Positions 61,350 through 64,000 of a stretch of 64,000 nt of DNA are shown in pieces. The position numbers and the translations under genes were made by a program. Numbering within the stretch: position 1 is the stretch's first letter; each line of letters begins with the position of its first letter. The notes below the pieces were generated by a model, which did no database searches, was not told the DNA's origin, and worked only from the letters and a program-made list of their open reading frames with translations. The DNA is taken from assembly GCA_032718475.1 (NCBI GenBank), contig JAUCBJ010008093.1:3258-67257 (forward strand), written 5' to 3'. The DNA comes from Nemertoderma westbladi (taxonomy: Eukaryota > Animalia > Xenacoelomorpha).

Positions 61350-61736
61350 GCTACGCCGGGTTCATTGTGTCAAGTACAATGCACACATCTCCAACCAGAC
61401 ACTATATAACATTGGAGGTGTCTCATTGGTTCCCCCAAGCTTGACACTAGAACAAAATCGCCTCCGCTTTGCAGGACATTGCTTTCGCCGTGAGGACCAG
61501 CCAGTGCATAATCTTGTACTTTGGCAGCCTCATGGAGTGAATAAGCATGGTGGACAGCCCATGACTTTCTTGAGACGCATCTTAAAGGACACTGGCCTTA
61601 AAGATGCGGATGATCTAGCAAATGTCATGGGTGATAGGGAGTTGTGGCGGTGCAATTTTGTTGACAAGCCGGCACAGTATTCGTAAAAATGCAGCTGCAA
61701 TGCAGCATGCCGATCCTAGTAGTAGTAGTAGTAGTA
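61350..61736 (+). mobile_element. RTE-like LINE 3' fragment with (TAG)n tail
   Basis: RLRFAGHCFR...LVLWQP...DRELWR; TSD GATAGCAAAGAAT at 61337-61349 and 61737-61749; the empty site is at ~50026. Confidence 0.88.
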
Positions 61737-62206
61737 GATAGCAAAGAATTAAGTTTTTAATACTATAATGTCCAGATAGAGAATACTGATAATTTGACTA
61801 GTTAAAATTTTCTACACAAAATTACCCAATTCCCGGTTCCGGAATAAAAAAAAAACATAATTATATAAAGAAAAAACAATAATAAGATTCTCCAAATTTA
61901 ATTGACTAACTTTATATGAATTTATTTACTTTATCATACATCAATATATTTATATACTTGAATTACAAAATATAGTTTGAAGGACGAAGGTTTACTGTAT
62001 GAACATATAATAATATACATTGTATATGAATATTGCGTGTTCAGTTAATTAATGAACAAATTACTAACAAATAATAATAATAATGTAATATATGTTCAAG
62101 TTCGGCTTCAGTATTGTGGTTCAACAAATTGATTATTATTACTAGTAGTATAAACGACTAGACAACCTGATTAGGACACATCCCAGTGTTTTTATACACA
62201 GAAACA

Positions 62207-63688
62207 TCAGGAAATATTAAAGGAATCGGTATCTTTGCAATACGACACCGCATTACTCCCACTCACGTGGCAACCCTCCAGCAACTCTCGAGGTATCGGC
62301 AACCCCCGCGTACTAAAGTACCACTCCAAGTAACTCGCCTGCCAGTCTTTATACAGAGGATGATCCGTACCGTGGGTGGACACAAACATTCTACCGCACT
62401 CCTCCAGGAAGCCACCCGCCGCGCTCATATTACCGGCGTACAACTCCAACGTAGCAACACGGAACAACTGCACGGATAACTGAGGGTAAACCTTCGGGTA
62501 ATAATGTCTGTAACCAGACAGATTGCGCTTGGCGTACTCTAAAGCTTCGCTCCAATACTTTAAACCTACGCAAGCGTCAGTGGCTTTATCACAAATCTTT
62601 AAGTAAACTACGCTGATCGGAGCGACAATTCCTTCGCAACTGTTAATAAACTCTTTCGTTATTTCGTAAAGATTTCTTTCAGACTCAGAATTAGTTAGTT
62701 CTTTTAAGATTACTTCACCTTTCTCTAACAGAGATGCTCCTTTTTCTTTTTGCGACGCTATCGCTCCCACAATGCAATCGCATCCATCGCAAGTAATCGT
62801 TGTATCGTTAGGAATCATGGGTAACTTACACGTAGTGCAAGGACACACTACGTAGCTATCTCTCTCATCAATTTGAGAACAAAGCGTGCAGCTACAACGG
62901 AATAAAAACTCTTTACTTAACTGTCTCTGGATCTCTTTACGACTCGAGAGAAGATCTACGTAGGATATCGAGATTTCGGCATTCATATCCAGGTCTTCAA
63001 TGGCGCGCAGCTCGGCCTTCAATCCGTTGTAAACGACGGCGCAGTTGGGTTGACAGTCGTGGTTCACTAAAGACAATTCGGGGTAGACGCCGTAAGCAAT
63101 ATTCACTGCCATCTCGAGGTCCGTGATGGTGAAGGTGTTGCAGAGGACAGAACCCGCCAGTCGCTTTATCTCATTGTCCGAACGGTCCGTGGAAGTCATG
63201 GATTTTACTAACTCCAGTATCATCTGTAGATCCATAGAGGACAGCGGTTGGGAGCATAGACCGATGGGGGAGTTTGGGATAGCGGATTGGTTAGCGGTGG
63301 GTTGTTCCTTGGATGCGTCGAGTTTCCGCAGAAGACGACTGACCAATCGGATGGTCTCGGGTGGTTGGCTGGGTTGATGATGGTCGGTTGATGAAGGTGA
63401 CGAAGAGCACGACACTCCCCACGGTGCTGGGAACGCCAATCTCGCGTTTGACACTCAGTACCGCAGTACCACGACAATTTGCAACCCGTGCAGCGTTGCA
63501 GTTTATGAGATGTCGAACCTTGCCGCCTGCAAACAACAGTCGCATCGTTGGCCCTTGAACTTATTAAGGATGACGTATGCGTATGGTTTGCTACTAAGCA
63601 ACACGGTCCCCATAGATACATTATCTGTGGTACGAATACCACGTCCCCGTCCTGGGATAGAAAATACATTGCACAAATGTTGATCCAT
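62207..63688 (-). pseudogene. SMYD2/3-like paralog without the basic extension, frameshifted
   Basis: Starts MDQHLCNVFSIPGRGRG. Relative to copy 1 it has +4 nt (~63527) and +2 nt (~63380), with a stop at 63503 between them. Confidence 0.78.
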
Positions 63689-64000
63689 ACCGGTAGCCTA
63701 CCGTCAGACCGTAGTTGATGGTGTAAAAATATAACAAACCAACTCTCTCTACTCCACTACATAAATACAGAAATAGGCCTAGTACTGTAGTACTTTAGTT
63801 AAGCTGTTCAGTTACTGGTAGTCAGCTTCTCAGCTACCTGGCTACACTAGTTACTTAATTCTGTAATTAAAGTACAGAAGTAAATACAGAAATATGGTAG
63901 GCCACCAAGCAGGGATGTCTGCATGTTGTCCTTGACGAACTTCAGCCAAGTCAATCTGTCAATGTTGTACAGTCGTAGGCGAAGCAACAAGTACAAAGTA

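Larger units (their letters stand above)
61137..63690. repeat. Second copy of a tandem segmental duplication (paralogous to about 49610-54856)
   Basis: Collinear, near-identical SMYD coding sequence and downstream flank. Confidence 0.9.

Overview
AT-rich animal (invertebrate-like) genomic DNA, with no prokaryotic features. Most of the window is a transposon nest. It holds four BEL/Pao LTR retrotransposon copies: an intact gag-pol at 1-6105 (element 1), a gag-protease-only derivative at 20087-23360 (C), a degenerate copy at 23361-39261 (A) and an inverted relative of A at 39262-45453 (B). There are also three LINE fragments and several non-autonomous DNA transposons, many with resolvable target-site duplications. 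Host genes are a two-exon class A GPCR with a ~900-aa repetitive third intracellular loop, an intronless SLC18B1-like MFS transporter, and two tandem SMYD2/3-like methyltransferase copies. The strongest novelty candidates are: (1) an intact chimeric gene fusing SPKK-like/protamine-like basic repeats to a SMYD methyltransferase, while the unfused copy is frameshifted; (2) a non-env accessory ORF downstream of pol in elements A/B with a conserved N-terminus and a swapped C-terminus; (3) a 20-nt hairpin found five times in element 1, in both coding and non-coding sequence; (4) the repeat-expanded GPCR. All calls come from reading the sequence by eye; no database searches were run, and LTR ends are partly uncertain.
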